From: an uncultured Chloroflexia bacterium
GTDB lineage: Bacteria > Chloroflexota > Dehalococcoidia > DSTF01 > JALHUB01
DNA: 64,000 bases
Direction: 5' to 3'
Assembly (NCBI GenBank): GCA_963703345.1
Contig: OY969814.1
Span: 1,088,001-1,152,000, forward strand
Part shown: in pieces, positions 20,627 through 33,084 of the stretch
How positions within the stretch are numbered: the first letter of the stretch is position 1
Layout: each line of letters starts with the position of its first letter
Translations under genes and position numbers: made by a program
The notes under the pieces: model-generated
Seen by the model: only the letters and a program-made list of their open reading frames with translations
Databases searched by the model: none
What the model was told of the DNA's origin: nothing

Positions 20627-20770
20627 TTGACATGCTGCTCCAACTGGGCGACAATTCCTGTCGCGTGGAAAGAGCGGCCCTGGACTTGGAGGCCGCCTCT
20701 ACGGAACCCGACAGGACGGCAGGCCCGCGAGACGGGGGAGCCAGACGGGCCGTTCCGCTCTAGCAGGAGG
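20627..20770 (+). promoter_or_regulatory. Promoter and structured 5' leader (candidate riboswitch) of the LysM-NlpC/P60 gene
   Basis: TTGACA-17-GACAAT; paired segments AGAGCGG/CCGCTCT, CGGAAC/GTTCCG, GGCCCG/CGGGCC, and an alternative GCGGCC/GGCCGC. Confidence 0.45.
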
Positions 20771-20778
20771 CGAGGAGC

Positions 20779-22029
20779 ATCAAAGGCACGCTCAGCCCGC
20801 GTTGTCCTGGGCCCGGGAACCGCCCGGAGACGCGAAACCCCCCGCGACAAGAATCTCCTACCGCCGCCCGATTCCGACGGAAGTACAGGCCGTGTCTGCA
20901 TCTCCTCATTTTCGTTCTCGTCGGGCTGGCTGTTCTCTCCGCCACTCTCTTCTCCCGACACCTCGATCTCAGCACTAACGCGGCATCTACCCGCATAGAC
21001 GCGCCGCCGGTTGCGCCTACCGGTTCGGTGACGGCGGTGCAAGGCGATTCTGTCCTCCATTCCGCGCTATTGCCGCTGACAATCATCACGGCTCACCCCA
21101 ACGACGTCTCCGGCCCCCTTCTGCTGCCGTCGCCCGCCGCGACGCCCGTACCGTCAGATGATGCGACGATCATGGAAGCGGCCGGCCTCAGCGACGAGAC
21201 CCCCCAGCCGACGCCATCGCCCTCGCCGCTGCCCATCTGCACCACATATGTCGTGCAGGACGGCGATACTGTGAGCGGTCTGGCGGCAAGGTACGGGATT
21301 TCATCCGCGACAATTCTCTGGAACAACGACCTCAAGAGCGCCGATTCGCTTTCGCTCGGGCAGCAGCTTCGCCTGCCGACGAGCGACGGCATCATCTACG
21401 AAGTCAGGCCCGACGACACGTTGAGCGACATCGCCGCTCGCTTTAATGTCGACGTTCAGGCGATCGTCGGCTTCCCGGCGAACGGCCTCGCCGACGCCAA
21501 CAGCCTCGCCGTGAACCAGACGATCTTCATTCCCGGCGGCGTCATGCCCGCCCCCATCGCGACGGCCAGCGCTACGCCTGAGCCTCGTCCCACGAATCCT
21601 CCGGCAGCCACGGCCGTGCCCCCGCCTGCGCCGGCATCCGGCGGCAGCTCAACCGACCTCGGGTCACGAGCGGTGGAGCTGGCGCGCTCCCGCATCGGCT
21701 CGGCGTACTCCCCGGGCGGCGCCGGACCGGACCGCTTCGACTGCAGCGGATTGGTTTCCTGGGTCTATTCGCAGCTTGGCATCGACATACCGCGCTCGGC
21801 CCCGGACCAGTACGCCTGGGCGACTCCCGTCTCGCGCGACCAGATGGAGCGCGGCGATCTGGTCTTCTTCGAAGGGACGACCTCATCGGGCGGGATCACT
21901 CACGTTGGCATCTACGCGGGCGGCGACGGAGTCATTATGGCGGTGGATAACGGCGACACCGTCCGCGAGGTGTCGCTCGCCGAAGACTACTGGAACGAGC
22001 ACTTCGCCGCCGCCGGCCGACCCCACTGA
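20779..22029 (+). CDS. Membrane-anchored protein with two LysM domains and an NlpC/P60 peptidase domain
   Basis: YVVQDGDTV and YEVRPDDTL (LysM); FDCSGLV, GDLVFF, HVGIY (NlpC/P60). The frame is open back to the TAG at 20761 and encodes a transmembrane helix upstream of the GTG at 21028, so the start is uncertain. Confidence 0.85.
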   Translation: MKGTLSPRCPGPGNRPETRNPPRQESPTAARFRRKYRPCLHLLIFVLVGLAVLSATLFSRHLDLSTNAASTRIDAPPVAPTGSVTAVQGDSVLHSALLPLTIITAHPNDVSGPLLLPSPAATPVPSDDATIMEAAGLSDETPQPTPSPSPLPICTTYVVQDGDTVSGLAARYGISSATILWNNDLKSADSLSLGQQLRLPTSDGIIYEVRPDDTLSDIAARFNVDVQAIVGFPANGLADANSLAVNQTIFIPGGVMPAPIATASATPEPRPTNPPAATAVPPPAPASGGSSTDLGSRAVELARSRIGSAYSPGGAGPDRFDCSGLVSWVYSQLGIDIPRSAPDQYAWATPVSRDQMERGDLVFFEGTTSSGGITHVGIYAGGDGVIMAVDNGDTVREVSLAEDYWNEHFAAAGRPH

Positions 22030-22164
22030 TCGCCGCACCTGCCTGACCTTGCGACTCACCACGCGTCGCGCTGACGGACTGTCCGCTCGCTACGACGAGC
22101 AGCGATAAGATAGACTGGTGTTGACCTTCTTTAGTCGATGGCGGAGCGTTGCGGGCAGGCAGCT

Positions 22165-22977
22165 ATGGACGAAGTCGACAGGTACGACAGGCACATCCTT
22201 TTTCCAGGCATTGGCGAGGCGGGACAGGAGAAGCTCGGCCGTAGCAGCGTCGTGATCGTCGGCTGCGGGGGTCTCGGCAGCACTGCCGCGACCGCTCTCG
22301 CCCGCGCCGGCATCGGCCGCCTCCGTGTCATCGACCGCGACTTGATCGAATACCACAACCTGCATCGCCAGGTTCTCTACGACGAAGAGGACGTGAAGCG
22401 GCGGACCCCGAAGGCCGTTGCCGCCGAGCGCCGCTTGAAGGCCGCCAACTCGGCAATCGAGGTGGAAGGAATAGTAGCCGACGTCAACAACCGCAACGTC
22501 GAGAAGCTCGTCGAAGGCGCGGACGTCATCGTCGACGGGCTGGACAACCTCGAAGCCCGCTACCTCATCAACGACGTTTCCCTGAAGCTGCGAATCCCCT
22601 GGGTCTACGGCGCCGCCGTCTCCTCCTTCGGCATGATGATGGCCGTCCTGCCGGGCCGCACGCCCTGCATTCGCTGCCTCTTCTCGTCCCTGCCGCCGCT
22701 GGGAACGCGCATCACATCCGACACGGTGGGCATCCTCAACGCCGTCCCCATGGTCGTCGGCGCGCTGCAAGCGGCGGAGACGATCAAGCTCCTTGTGGCC
22801 GAGGCGACGCCCGGATTGGTGACTGTCGACCTCTGGTCCGGCGAGTTCCAGCGACTGGCCGTCGGTGAGCCGTCGCCGGATTGCCCTGCCTGCCAGGGCC
22901 GCTACGAATTCCTCGACGCGCGTTTCGGCGTTCGAGCATTACCCGTCTCAGGAGGGAACCATGACAAAGATCGCTGA
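22165..22977 (+). CDS. ThiF/MoeB-family adenylyltransferase
   Basis: DRYDRH, VGCGGLG, NLHRQ, DGLDN, CIRC and CPAC zinc motifs. Confidence 0.9.
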   Translation: MDEVDRYDRHILFPGIGEAGQEKLGRSSVVIVGCGGLGSTAATALARAGIGRLRVIDRDLIEYHNLHRQVLYDEEDVKRRTPKAVAAERRLKAANSAIEVEGIVADVNNRNVEKLVEGADVIVDGLDNLEARYLINDVSLKLRIPWVYGAAVSSFGMMMAVLPGRTPCIRCLFSSLPPLGTRITSDTVGILNAVPMVVGALQAAETIKLLVAEATPGLVTVDLWSGEFQRLAVGEPSPDCPACQGRYEFLDARFGVRALPVSGGNHDKDR

Positions 22978-23911
22978 CAACATTACGGAGCTCGTCGGCA
23001 ACACGCCTCTCGTCAGGCTGGAGAAGCTGTCCGGGGGCTCGACAGCGATGATAGTGGCGAAGCTGGAGTCGTTCAATCCCTGCGGCAGCGTCAAGGACCG
23101 CATCGGCCTCTCTATGATTCAGGCGGCCGAAGAGCAAGGGCTCATCAAGAAGGGCAGCGAGATCATCGAACCGACGAGCGGGAACACGGGGATCGGGCTG
23201 GCCTTCGTCTGCGCGGCAAAGGGCTACCGCCTGGTCCTCACCATGCCCGACACGATGTCCATCGAGCGCCGTCAGCTTCTGACGGCCTTCGGCGCACAAC
23301 TGGTGCTGACCGAGGGCGCCAAGGGGATGCCCGGAGCTATCGCCAAGGCGGAGGAGCTCGTGGCCCAAACACCGGGCGCTTTCATGCCGCAGCAGTTCAA
23401 GAACCCGGCAAACCCGGAAGTCCACCGTCGGACGACGGCGGAGGAGATCTGGCGCGATACGGACGGCAAGGTCGACATTCTGGTGGCCGGCGTCGGGACT
23501 GGTGGCACGATAACCGGCATCGCGGAGGTTATCAAGCAGCGGAAGCCGACGTTCAAGGCCATCGCCGTCGAGCCGGAGGGATCGCCGGTGCTCTCCGGCG
23601 GCAAGCCCGGCCCGCACAGGATACAGGGTATCGGCGCCGGCTTCGTGCCGGAGGTGCTACGGATGGACCTGGTCGACGAGGTTATCCAGGTGTCGGACAA
23701 CGAGGCTGGCGAGACCGCCAGGTGGCTGGCCCGCGAGGAAGGCATCCTCGTCGGCATATCTTCGGGCGCCGCTGCCTGGGCCGCCGGTCAGATGGCCGCG
23801 AGGCCGGAGAACGCCGGCAAGCTGATCGTCGTTATCCTCCCCGATACCGGCGAGCGCTACCTCACGACGTGGCTGTTTCGGATGGAGAACGCCTTCGCGC
23901 CGAAGACCTGA
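22961..23911 (+). CDS. cysK: Cysteine synthase A
   Basis: [44 protein letters not shown]. Confidence 0.96.
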   Translation: MTKIADNITELVGNTPLVRLEKLSGGSTAMIVAKLESFNPCGSVKDRIGLSMIQAAEEQGLIKKGSEIIEPTSGNTGIGLAFVCAAKGYRLVLTMPDTMSIERRQLLTAFGAQLVLTEGAKGMPGAIAKAEELVAQTPGAFMPQQFKNPANPEVHRRTTAEEIWRDTDGKVDILVAGVGTGGTITGIAEVIKQRKPTFKAIAVEPEGSPVLSGGKPGPHRIQGIGAGFVPEVLRMDLVDEVIQVSDNEAGETARWLAREEGILVGISSGAAAWAAGQMAARPENAGKLIVVILPDTGERYLTTWLFRMENAFAPKT

Positions 23912-23964
23912 GGAGCCGGTCACACTGGGCAGGCGTGGAAATCGTGGCGCCCGGGTTGTCGGCC

Positions 23965-24591
23965 CTAGCGCGACAGGACGAATATCCCCGATGATGCGAG
24001 CAGGTTGGGGAACAGCCTGACTCTCCTCTTGTCTCCGACGAAGACGGCTTTGTTAATCTTGATCTCCCTGCGGCGGCAGTACTCGCTGAAGTCGGAGATG
24101 CTGAGGAAGTGCAGGTTCGGCGTGTCGTGCCATTCGTAGGGAAGCGACGGCGTTATCGGCGTCCGACCCCTGAAGAAAAGCTGGAAGCGCGCCGAGATGT
24201 GGGCGAAGTTCGGAAAGCCCAGTATCACCCACTTGCCCACCCGCAGCGCCTCCTGGAGCACCGTGTCTGGGCTCTTCACCTGCTGCAGGCTCTGGTTCAG
24301 CACTACGTAGTCGAACGACTTGTCGCCGTACTCCGGTAGCCCCGTGTCGATGTCGCCGTGGAGGACGCTCAGCCCCATCGCGACGCAGCGGTAGATCGCC
24401 TGCTCGTCGATCTCGATGCCCTGCGCGCGCGCCTTCCGCTCCCGCACCAGCGCCGACAGCAGCTCCCCGTTGCCGCAACCGAGGTCCAGCACCGACGAGC
24501 CGACCGGAATGAGCTCCACGATTAGCCGGTGCTCCAGCGTCAGAGCCGGGGCAGCCTTGTCGCGCGCTTCAGTCTCGTCCCGCACGGTCAC
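23965..24591 (-). CDS. metW: Methionine biosynthesis protein MetW
   Basis: [25 protein letters not shown]; downstream of metX. Confidence 0.92.
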   Translation of the reverse strand: MTVRDETEARDKAAPALTLEHRLIVELIPVGSSVLDLGCGNGELLSALVRERKARAQGIEIDEQAIYRCVAMGLSVLHGDIDTGLPEYGDKSFDYVVLNQSLQQVKSPDTVLQEALRVGKWVILGFPNFAHISARFQLFFRGRTPITPSLPYEWHDTPNLHFLSISDFSEYCRRREIKINKAVFVGDKRRVRLFPNLLASSGIFVLSR

Positions 24592-25780
24592 GGTAGACCC
24601 TTTCCAGGAAGTGGCGAATCAGGTGGGTCTCCTCGTCGGCTTCTAGCAGGAACGCGTCGTGGCCGTAAGACGAGGCGATCTCGCAGTACGTCGCGTCGAG
24701 GCCGGCGCGCTTGCAGGCCCGGACGATCTCCTGCGATTGGTACGCCGGGTAGAGCCAGTCCGACTTGAAGGCAATGACCAGGACCTTCGTGCTGGTGCCC
24801 TTGAGCGTCTCGCCCAGGTTCTTGCCCCCCGAGGCGTCGAACAGGTCGATGGCCTTGGTGATATACAGATAGGAGTTGGCGTCGAACCGGTCGACGAAGC
24901 TCCGGCCGCGGTACTGGAGGTACCCCTCGACCTCAAAGTCGGGGCTGAAGTTGAAGAACGGCTTCTCGCCCGTGAAGCGCCGCCCGAACTTCTCCGCCAT
25001 CGACTTGTCACTCATATAGGTGATGTGGCCGATCATCCGCGCCACGGCGAGGCCGGCCGCTGGCGGAGCGTCGTCGTAGTAGGCGCCCTCGCGCCAGTTG
25101 GGGTCGGCCATTATCGCCTGCCTGCCGACTTCATTGAAGGCGATCTGCTGCGGCGAGTGCTTGACGGCGGTGGCGATCGGAATCGCGCTCAGTATGCGTT
25201 CCGGCCGCGCGACCATCCACTCCAGCACCTGCATGCCGCCCATCGATCCGCCGGCGACCGAGAGCAACCGCCCTATTCCGAGGTGGTCGAGCAGATGCGT
25301 CTGGGCGGTGACGGTGTCGCCGACCGTCACGAAGGGAAAGTCGAGGCCGTAGGGCCTGCCCGTCGCCGGGTTTATCGAGGAAGGTCCGGTGGAGCCCTTG
25401 CAGCCGCCGACGACGTTCGAGCAGATGACGAAGTACTTGTCGGTGTCGAACGCCTTGCCCGGCCCGATCAGGTTGTCCCACCAGCCGGGGCGCCCGTCGT
25501 CCGCCGCGACGCCGGCCGCGTGCGCGTCGCCCGACAGCGCGTGGACGACCAGGACGGCGTTGGACTTCGCATCGTTCAGCCGGCCGTACGTCTCGTAGGC
25601 GAGGGTGATGGGCCCCAGCTTCTCGCCGCTCTCCAGCGTCAGTTCGGCCGGCGGCTCCGCGAACGTGAAGTAGCGCGTCTCGACGACGCCGATTTCGCGC
25701 GAGCCGGCAACGTCGCCCCGGTTGACCGAAGCGACGTCGCGCGCCGGCGAACGCCCTGCCGATGGCTGCTCCTGTGGCAT
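24569..25780 (-). CDS. metX: Homoserine O-acetyltransferase
   Basis: [31 protein letters not shown]. Confidence 0.95.
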   Translation of the reverse strand: MPQEQPSAGRSPARDVASVNRGDVAGSREIGVVETRYFTFAEPPAELTLESGEKLGPITLAYETYGRLNDAKSNAVLVVHALSGDAHAAGVAADDGRPGWWDNLIGPGKAFDTDKYFVICSNVVGGCKGSTGPSSINPATGRPYGLDFPFVTVGDTVTAQTHLLDHLGIGRLLSVAGGSMGGMQVLEWMVARPERILSAIPIATAVKHSPQQIAFNEVGRQAIMADPNWREGAYYDDAPPAAGLAVARMIGHITYMSDKSMAEKFGRRFTGEKPFFNFSPDFEVEGYLQYRGRSFVDRFDANSYLYITKAIDLFDASGGKNLGETLKGTSTKVLVIAFKSDWLYPAYQSQEIVRACKRAGLDATYCEIASSYGHDAFLLEADEETHLIRHFLERVYRDRAGRD

Positions 25781-25781
25781 A

Positions 25782-27688
<1,907 letters not shown>

Positions 27689-27716
27689 GATTTCCTCCTT
27701 TTGGCCCGAACGAGGC

Positions 27717-29558
27717 CTATCTTTGAATCGAAGCGGCAAGCTCCGCCGCGACGTCGAAGCGGCCGAACGAAGGCATCAGGCAGACGCCCTCCACCTTGCC
27801 GCGCACCTGCTGGAGCAGCTCACGCGCAATCGCCATGCCTTCCGCGAGGCCTTTCTCGCCGGCCAGGCGCATCCGCTCCCGAACGGCGTCCGGCAACGTC
27901 ACGCCACCCAGCTCATGATGGATGAACTCGGCGTGACGGTGGCTGTACAGCGGCATGATGCCCAGGATGACGGGCAGCTTGAATCGCTTGATCGCTTCCA
28001 GATACTCTGACGCCGCTTCCACGTCGAACACCGGCTGCGTGAGCAGGAAATCGGCGCCCGCCTCTTGCTTGCGACGCGTCGTCTTCATCTCGATGTCGAT
28101 CTGCCCCGTCGGGTTGGCCGCCGCGCCGACAAAGAACGACGCCGGCTGGCCGATGCTGCCGCCGGAGGAATCGACACCTTCGTTCATCCCCTTCAAGACG
28201 CGGATCAGCCCGATCGAGCCCACGTCCCAGACGCCGATGGCGCGGGCGTAGCCGGGGCCGCGCGGTGGGTCGCCGCGCAGGCAAAGGATGTTGCGTAGCC
28301 CCAGCGCGTGCGCGCCGATCAGGTCGGCCTCCAGCGCGATAAGGTTCCGGTCGCGGGTCGTGCAGTGGACGATCGTCTCCACGCCGACCTGCTGCGTCAG
28401 CATCACGGACATCGCTATGGCGCTCATGTGCGTGCGCGCCATCGGGCTGTCGCCGATGTTCAAGCAATCGACGCCAGCCTCCTTGAGCAGCGCCGCGCCG
28501 TCCAGGATCGGCCGGACGTTGAGGCCGCGCGGCGGGTCAACTTCCACGGTGACGACGAAGCGACTTGCCGCGAGCTTCTCGCGCAGCGTCTGCGGCTCTG
28601 GGCCTGCCGACGGCTCCCTCTCGCTAATGACGATGGGCGCCCGCCGCGACGCCGTCGCCGCCGGCACCGTCGCCGTCTCTCCCGACAGCGCCTGGTTCAT
28701 CGCCGCTATGTGCTCCGGCGTGGTTCCGCAGCAGCCGCCGATGACGGAGGCGCCGGCCTTTACGAACTTCGGGGCGTATTCGGCGAACGACTGCGGCGTC
28801 CCCGGATAGACTATCGTCTGCTGCCGGACCTGCGGCTGACCGGCGTTCGGTTGCGCCGAAAGCTTGACCGGCTTCGCCACGGCCATGCGCTTGACGATGT
28901 CGAGCGCGAGCTGCGGGCCCGGCACGCAGTTGACGCCGACGACGTTCGCGCCCAGGTCGCGCAGGGCCAGCGCCGTCTCGCCGGGCTCCTCGCCGGACCA
29001 CGTGCGGCCGTCGCGCTGGAACGATAGCTGGACCATCACCGGCAGGTCGTCGCCGCACTCGCGGACCGCCCGCAGCGCTTCCTTCGCCTCGGCTAGCGTC
29101 GGGAACGTCTCGATGGCGATGAGGTCCACGCCGGCCTCCAGCAGCGCCTCGATCTGCTCGCGGAAGACGCGGTACGCTTTCTTCAGTGTCACGTTCTCGG
29201 CGCCGGGCAGGCCGACGTCGAGCGGTCCGACGGCGCCGGCGATGTAGACCGGCTGGCTGGTCTGCGACTGCGCCTGCCGTGCTATCTCGACCGCGCGCCG
29301 GTTTACCTCGCGCAGCCTGTCCGCCAGGCCGAAATGCGCCAGCTTGAGGCTGTTGGCGCCGAACGTGTTCGTCTCGATGATGTCGGCGCCGGCGTCGACG
29401 TAGTCGGCGTGCACCTGGAGCACGACCGCCGGGTCGTCGAGGTTGAGCGCTTCGAGGCAGGCGTCGCCGGGCACGCCCCGCTCCCGCAGCAGCGTGCCGA
29501 TGGCGCCGTCGCAGAGGAGCGGCCTCTGGTCGAGAGTTGTCAGAAAAGGACTTCGCAC
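27717..29558 (-). CDS. Bifunctional homocysteine S-methyltransferase / methylenetetrahydrofolate reductase (YitJ-like)
   Basis: CDGAIGT, ETNTFGAN, GVNC, GGCCGTTP, followed by VEVDPP, RDRN, LTQPVF. Start approximate. Confidence 0.92.
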   Translation of the reverse strand: MRSPFLTTLDQRPLLCDGAIGTLLRERGVPGDACLEALNLDDPAVVLQVHADYVDAGADIIETNTFGANSLKLAHFGLADRLREVNRRAVEIARQAQSQTSQPVYIAGAVGPLDVGLPGAENVTLKKAYRVFREQIEALLEAGVDLIAIETFPTLAEAKEALRAVRECGDDLPVMVQLSFQRDGRTWSGEEPGETALALRDLGANVVGVNCVPGPQLALDIVKRMAVAKPVKLSAQPNAGQPQVRQQTIVYPGTPQSFAEYAPKFVKAGASVIGGCCGTTPEHIAAMNQALSGETATVPAATASRRAPIVISEREPSAGPEPQTLREKLAASRFVVTVEVDPPRGLNVRPILDGAALLKEAGVDCLNIGDSPMARTHMSAIAMSVMLTQQVGVETIVHCTTRDRNLIALEADLIGAHALGLRNILCLRGDPPRGPGYARAIGVWDVGSIGLIRVLKGMNEGVDSSGGSIGQPASFFVGAAANPTGQIDIEMKTTRRKQEAGADFLLTQPVFDVEAASEYLEAIKRFKLPVILGIMPLYSHRHAEFIHHELGGVTLPDAVRERMRLAGEKGLAEGMAIARELLQQVRGKVEGVCLMPSFGRFDVAAELAASIQR

Positions 29559-29640
29559 CTTGATTCTTTGCCCCACTTGAGATGAAAGGGAAGTGATCTG
29601 AGGATAGCTAATCGACGCGCCTTGAGCAATCTGGAGAAGG

Positions 29641-30108
29641 TTAGCGCCGCCGGACCAGCAACAGGAGCCCAATGACGATGACGATCAGCGGCCAGAGCTT
29701 CGACCAATGGAACCAGCCGAGCAGATCGAGGTTGCCGAGGAGAAAAAGGGCGCCCAGGATGATGAGCAGGAGCCCGGCCAATGCCGCCGGCTCCAGGCGT
29801 CGCGGCTCCTCCGACGACACGCCCCGCAGCGTCGCGTGGACTTCGTTGCCGATCTGCCTGGCCGACGATGCCATGTCGTCGACGTTCTCGCGCAGCGACT
29901 CCCGCGTGCTCTTCCCCAACGACGCCTCGGCCGGAACGATGAGCCAGAGCAGCAGGTAGAGGACGACGCCGATGACACCGGCGGTGGCGACAGTGATGAT
30001 GGCGTAGATGACCCTCACAATCGTCGGGTCGATGTTGAAGTACTCGCCGAGCCCGCCGCAGACGCCGCCGAGAATCCGCTGCGTCGAGCTGCGATAGAGC
30101 CGTTCCAT
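29641..30108 (-). CDS. pspC: PspC-domain membrane protein with a LiaI/LiaF-like C-terminal transmembrane region
   Basis: RLYRS...LGGVCGGLGEYF.IDPTIVR; LWPLIVIVIG. Confidence 0.85.
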   Translation of the reverse strand: MERLYRSSTQRILGGVCGGLGEYFNIDPTIVRVIYAIITVATAGVIGVVLYLLLWLIVPAEASLGKSTRESLRENVDDMASSARQIGNEVHATLRGVSSEEPRRLEPAALAGLLLIILGALFLLGNLDLLGWFHWSKLWPLIVIVIGLLLLVRRR

Positions 30109-30234
30109 TTGCGCTGACCTCCGTGAAACCCATTATAGCAGCAGCGGCAGCGTCATCATCGAGGAACTCGGGCAGCGGAAGAACGTCGAGGGCCGGTCGA
30201 TATGCCGGCCCCCGCGTTGGTCGCCCTCAGAAGA

Positions 30235-30816
30235 CTATCCCAGGAGCAGTGTGACCAGATGGTGGCGCTTCACCCAGGGCAGGCGCTCGATCCAGGCGTC
30301 GAGGCCAAGTATGCGACCCGCGCCTAGAGCGCTGAGCAGGCCGAGCAGCAGAATGTAGACCAGGTGCTCGTCCATCCAGGGGTTCTGCGCCGGCGGGAAC
30401 TGCGCGAGGTAGTAAAGCATCATCATGATCGTGCCCCAGAAAGCGCCGGCGCGCGTGAATATGCCGAAGATTAGCGTCAGGCCGATTAGTATCTCTCCCC
30501 AGACGACGAGAGGGTTAATGATGTTCGTCGCCATCTGACTGCCGCCCAGGCTGTGGAACCAGAACGTGAGCGGCCCCTGCGTGGCGTGCAGCAAGAAGGG
30601 GGAGGCGGTGAACCCCCTGATCAGCTTGTCGAAGCCCGACCAGACGAATATCCAGCCCAACGTCAGACGCGCTACTAGCGTGAACGGTCCCAGGACGGAT
30701 TGAGCTAGTTGCTCGGGCAGCGCCTCCGTCCAGATGCGTTCTATGCCCGTCCTGCTTACAAGGCCGGCCCAGCCGGTCGCCCGTGTTTGTGGAATGGAGT
30801 GAGCTCTTGTGGCCAT
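30235..30816 (-). CDS. DoxX-family membrane protein (paralog of 19475-20062)
   Basis: RLTLGWIFVWSGFDKL, GPLTFWFHSLG, WGEILIG, GAGRILGLD. Confidence 0.88.
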   Translation of the reverse strand: MATRAHSIPQTRATGWAGLVSRTGIERIWTEALPEQLAQSVLGPFTLVARLTLGWIFVWSGFDKLIRGFTASPFLLHATQGPLTFWFHSLGGSQMATNIINPLVVWGEILIGLTLIFGIFTRAGAFWGTIMMMLYYLAQFPPAQNPWMDEHLVYILLLGLLSALGAGRILGLDAWIERLPWVKRHHLVTLLLG

Positions 30817-30989
30817 TTGTGCACCTCCTGTGTTCTAACTTCCCTGTTGTTACTTGCATTGTAAGCGTGGAAAGTGTGCAAAGACAATGGTGGGAGCCGC
30901 GCACAGCGTGAAGAGACCGTGAAGAAGCCTCGGTTGACGGGCGACGGCGAGTGCGCTGTAATTTGACGAAACGGTGTGAGGAGAGACAG

Positions 30990-31919
30990 ATGCGTTTGCT
31001 GACTTATCGACGAGAAGGCGTTGCGAGAGCGGGCATCGAGGTCGGCGGCTACGTCGTGGAGACGGCGAAGGCGTCGGAGCTGGGCGTCGACGGCCTGTCA
31101 GACGCCGGCGACCTGCTGGACCTACTGCGCGGCGGCGAACCCATGCTCGATGCGGCGCGACGGCTCCTCGCCGCCGTGGAGCGCCAGATCAGCGCCGGCC
31201 GCGCGGATGAGCTCGTCGCGCGCGGGATCGCGCACAGGTTCAACGACGTTGCGTTGATGGCGCCCGTGCCCGTACCGCCCAAGGTCGTCGCCATCGGCCT
31301 GAACTACCGCGACCACGCCCGCGAGCAGGGCGTGCCGGTACCGGAAAGGCCGCTCATCTTCGCCAAGTTCCCCACGTCGGTCATCGGCCCGGGCGAGGCG
31401 ATAACCTGGGACCCGCGCTTGACGCAGCAGGTCGACTACGAGGCGGAGCTGGCGGTCGTCATCGGCAAGAAAGCCCGCAACGTGAGCGAGGCGGAAGCGC
31501 TCTCTTTCGTCGGCGGCTACACCTGCGGCAACGACGTCAGTGCCCGCGACCTCCAGTTCGGCGACCGGCAGTGGGTGCGGGGCAAGAGCCTGGACACGTT
31601 CTGCCCGCTGGGACCCGCGCTCGTGACACCGGAAGAGGTTGGCGACCCGCGGTCGCTCGCTATCCGCGCGCTCCTCAACGGCGAGGTTATGCAGGACTCG
31701 TCGACCCGCGAGATGGTGTTCGGGGTAGCGGAGCTCATCGCTTTCGCCAGCCGCGCCTTCTCGCTGCTCCCCGGCGACGTCTTGCTGACCGGCACGCCGA
31801 GCGGCGTCGGCGTCTTTCGCAAGCCGCCCGTCTTCCTGAAGGACGGCGACCGAATAGCCGTGGAAATCGAGGGGATCGGACGGCTGGAGAACGTCTGCCA
31901 GACCGCGGCGGGGGACTAG
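30990..31919 (+). CDS. Fumarylacetoacetate hydrolase-family protein
   Basis: IGLNYRDH, VDYEAEL, NDVSARD, GKSLDTF, TGTPSGVG. Confidence 0.93.
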   Translation: MRLLTYRREGVARAGIEVGGYVVETAKASELGVDGLSDAGDLLDLLRGGEPMLDAARRLLAAVERQISAGRADELVARGIAHRFNDVALMAPVPVPPKVVAIGLNYRDHAREQGVPVPERPLIFAKFPTSVIGPGEAITWDPRLTQQVDYEAELAVVIGKKARNVSEAEALSFVGGYTCGNDVSARDLQFGDRQWVRGKSLDTFCPLGPALVTPEEVGDPRSLAIRALLNGEVMQDSSTREMVFGVAELIAFASRAFSLLPGDVLLTGTPSGVGVFRKPPVFLKDGDRIAVEIEGIGRLENVCQTAAGD

Positions 31920-32557
31920 CGGAGTGGCGAATAGGGAAGCGTGAACACGGGGAACATCCGCTCCACCGGCGCGTTCTGGCGAATGGCGCGGAAAAAGGCG
32001 TTCGTTCTCTCGTCCGAAGGCTTGTAGCCGCCCAGGCGCACCGGCCCCTTCCAGACGTCCGTCACCTCATTCTGGTTGCCGACGATTGTCCGCCAGGTCG
32101 CCACCATCGGCAGGTTCGCCGCCACCCCCTGCATTCCGGCGATGAGCTGCGGCATCCGGCCGGGCGCCACCTCCATGATTGCAATCGAATACGTCCCCAG
32201 CGGTGACTCGGCGGTTTCCTTCCAGGCCTCGTGCAGACGTTCCGGCGGTATCGGCCCCAGCGGCTCCAGAAGTCGGGTCCAACGCCTCGGCGCCAGCTCC
32301 TCGACACGCGCGGTGTACGCCAGCCAGGGTTCGCTGTGCTGCGAGCGTGCGCGGAACTCCTCGAAGACGGCCATGTTCTCGAACTCCAGGACCTGCGTCA
32401 CCTGGCAGAACGACTCGATATCGTTGTACCAGGCCGCAGCCAGGCGAAAGCCCATGCGTTCGAGAGGCGGAAGGCTCTCCTGCGCCAGTGCCACGAAGGC
32501 GTCCAGGGTTTCCGGACTCGGCGGCTCCAGATTCAGCGTTTCTTCCAGGTAGATCAT
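31916..32557 (-). CDS. NIPSNAP-like protein
   Basis: Two alpha/beta repeats ending in ...PYSPLR; size and pattern fit NIPSNAP. Confidence 0.55.
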   Translation of the reverse strand: MIYLEETLNLEPPSPETLDAFVALAQESLPPLERMGFRLAAAWYNDIESFCQVTQVLEFENMAVFEEFRARSQHSEPWLAYTARVEELAPRRWTRLLEPLGPIPPERLHEAWKETAESPLGTYSIAIMEVAPGRMPQLIAGMQGVAANLPMVATWRTIVGNQNEVTDVWKGPVRLGGYKPSDERTNAFFRAIRQNAPVERMFPVFTLPYSPLR

Positions 32558-32567
32558 CCGTCTTCTC

Positions 32568-32981
32568 CTACTCGCCGATTATCTTCACGATGACGCGCTT
32601 GCGCCGCCGGCCGTCGAACTCCGCGTAGAACACCTGCTCCCACGGCCCCAGGTCGAGCCGTCCCTTCGTCACCGGCAGCACGACCTGGTGGCCGACGAGC
32701 GTGCGCTTGAGGTGCGCGTCGCCGTTGTCCTCGCCCGTTCGGTGATGGCGATAGTCCGGCCGGAAGGGCGCAAGCTTCTCCACCCAGTCCGCGAAGTCCT
32801 GCCACAAGCCCGGCTCATTGTCGTTGACCCAGATCGCGGCGGTGATGTGCATGGCGCTGACAAGGCAGAGGCCCTCCTGCACGCCGGAGTCACGCAGCGT
32901 CGCCTCGACCTGGTCCGTGATGTTGGTGAGGTCCCGTCGCGACTGCGTGTTGAACCAGAGGTAGTTGGTGTGGCTCTTCAT
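32568..32981 (-). CDS. yjbQ: YjbQ/UPF0047 family protein
   Basis: [26 protein letters not shown]. Confidence 0.9.
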   Translation of the reverse strand: MKSHTNYLWFNTQSRRDLTNITDQVEATLRDSGVQEGLCLVSAMHITAAIWVNDNEPGLWQDFADWVEKLAPFRPDYRHHRTGEDNGDAHLKRTLVGHQVVLPVTKGRLDLGPWEQVFYAEFDGRRRKRVIVKIIGE

Positions 32982-33084
32982 TCGTCCTCCCTGACGCTTC
33001 GATGAGTCGACGACCGCGACCGCCAGCGCTGATTGTCGTTGCGACGTTTGCGGTGAGCAAGCTGCGAACGGCAGTGGACCCGAA

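Noticed and set aside
22121-22138. Second Rrf2 operator before moeB (TTGAC-N8-GTCGA)
   Set aside because: Spacing and sequence do not match the palindrome upstream of the Rrf2 gene; too weak to call.
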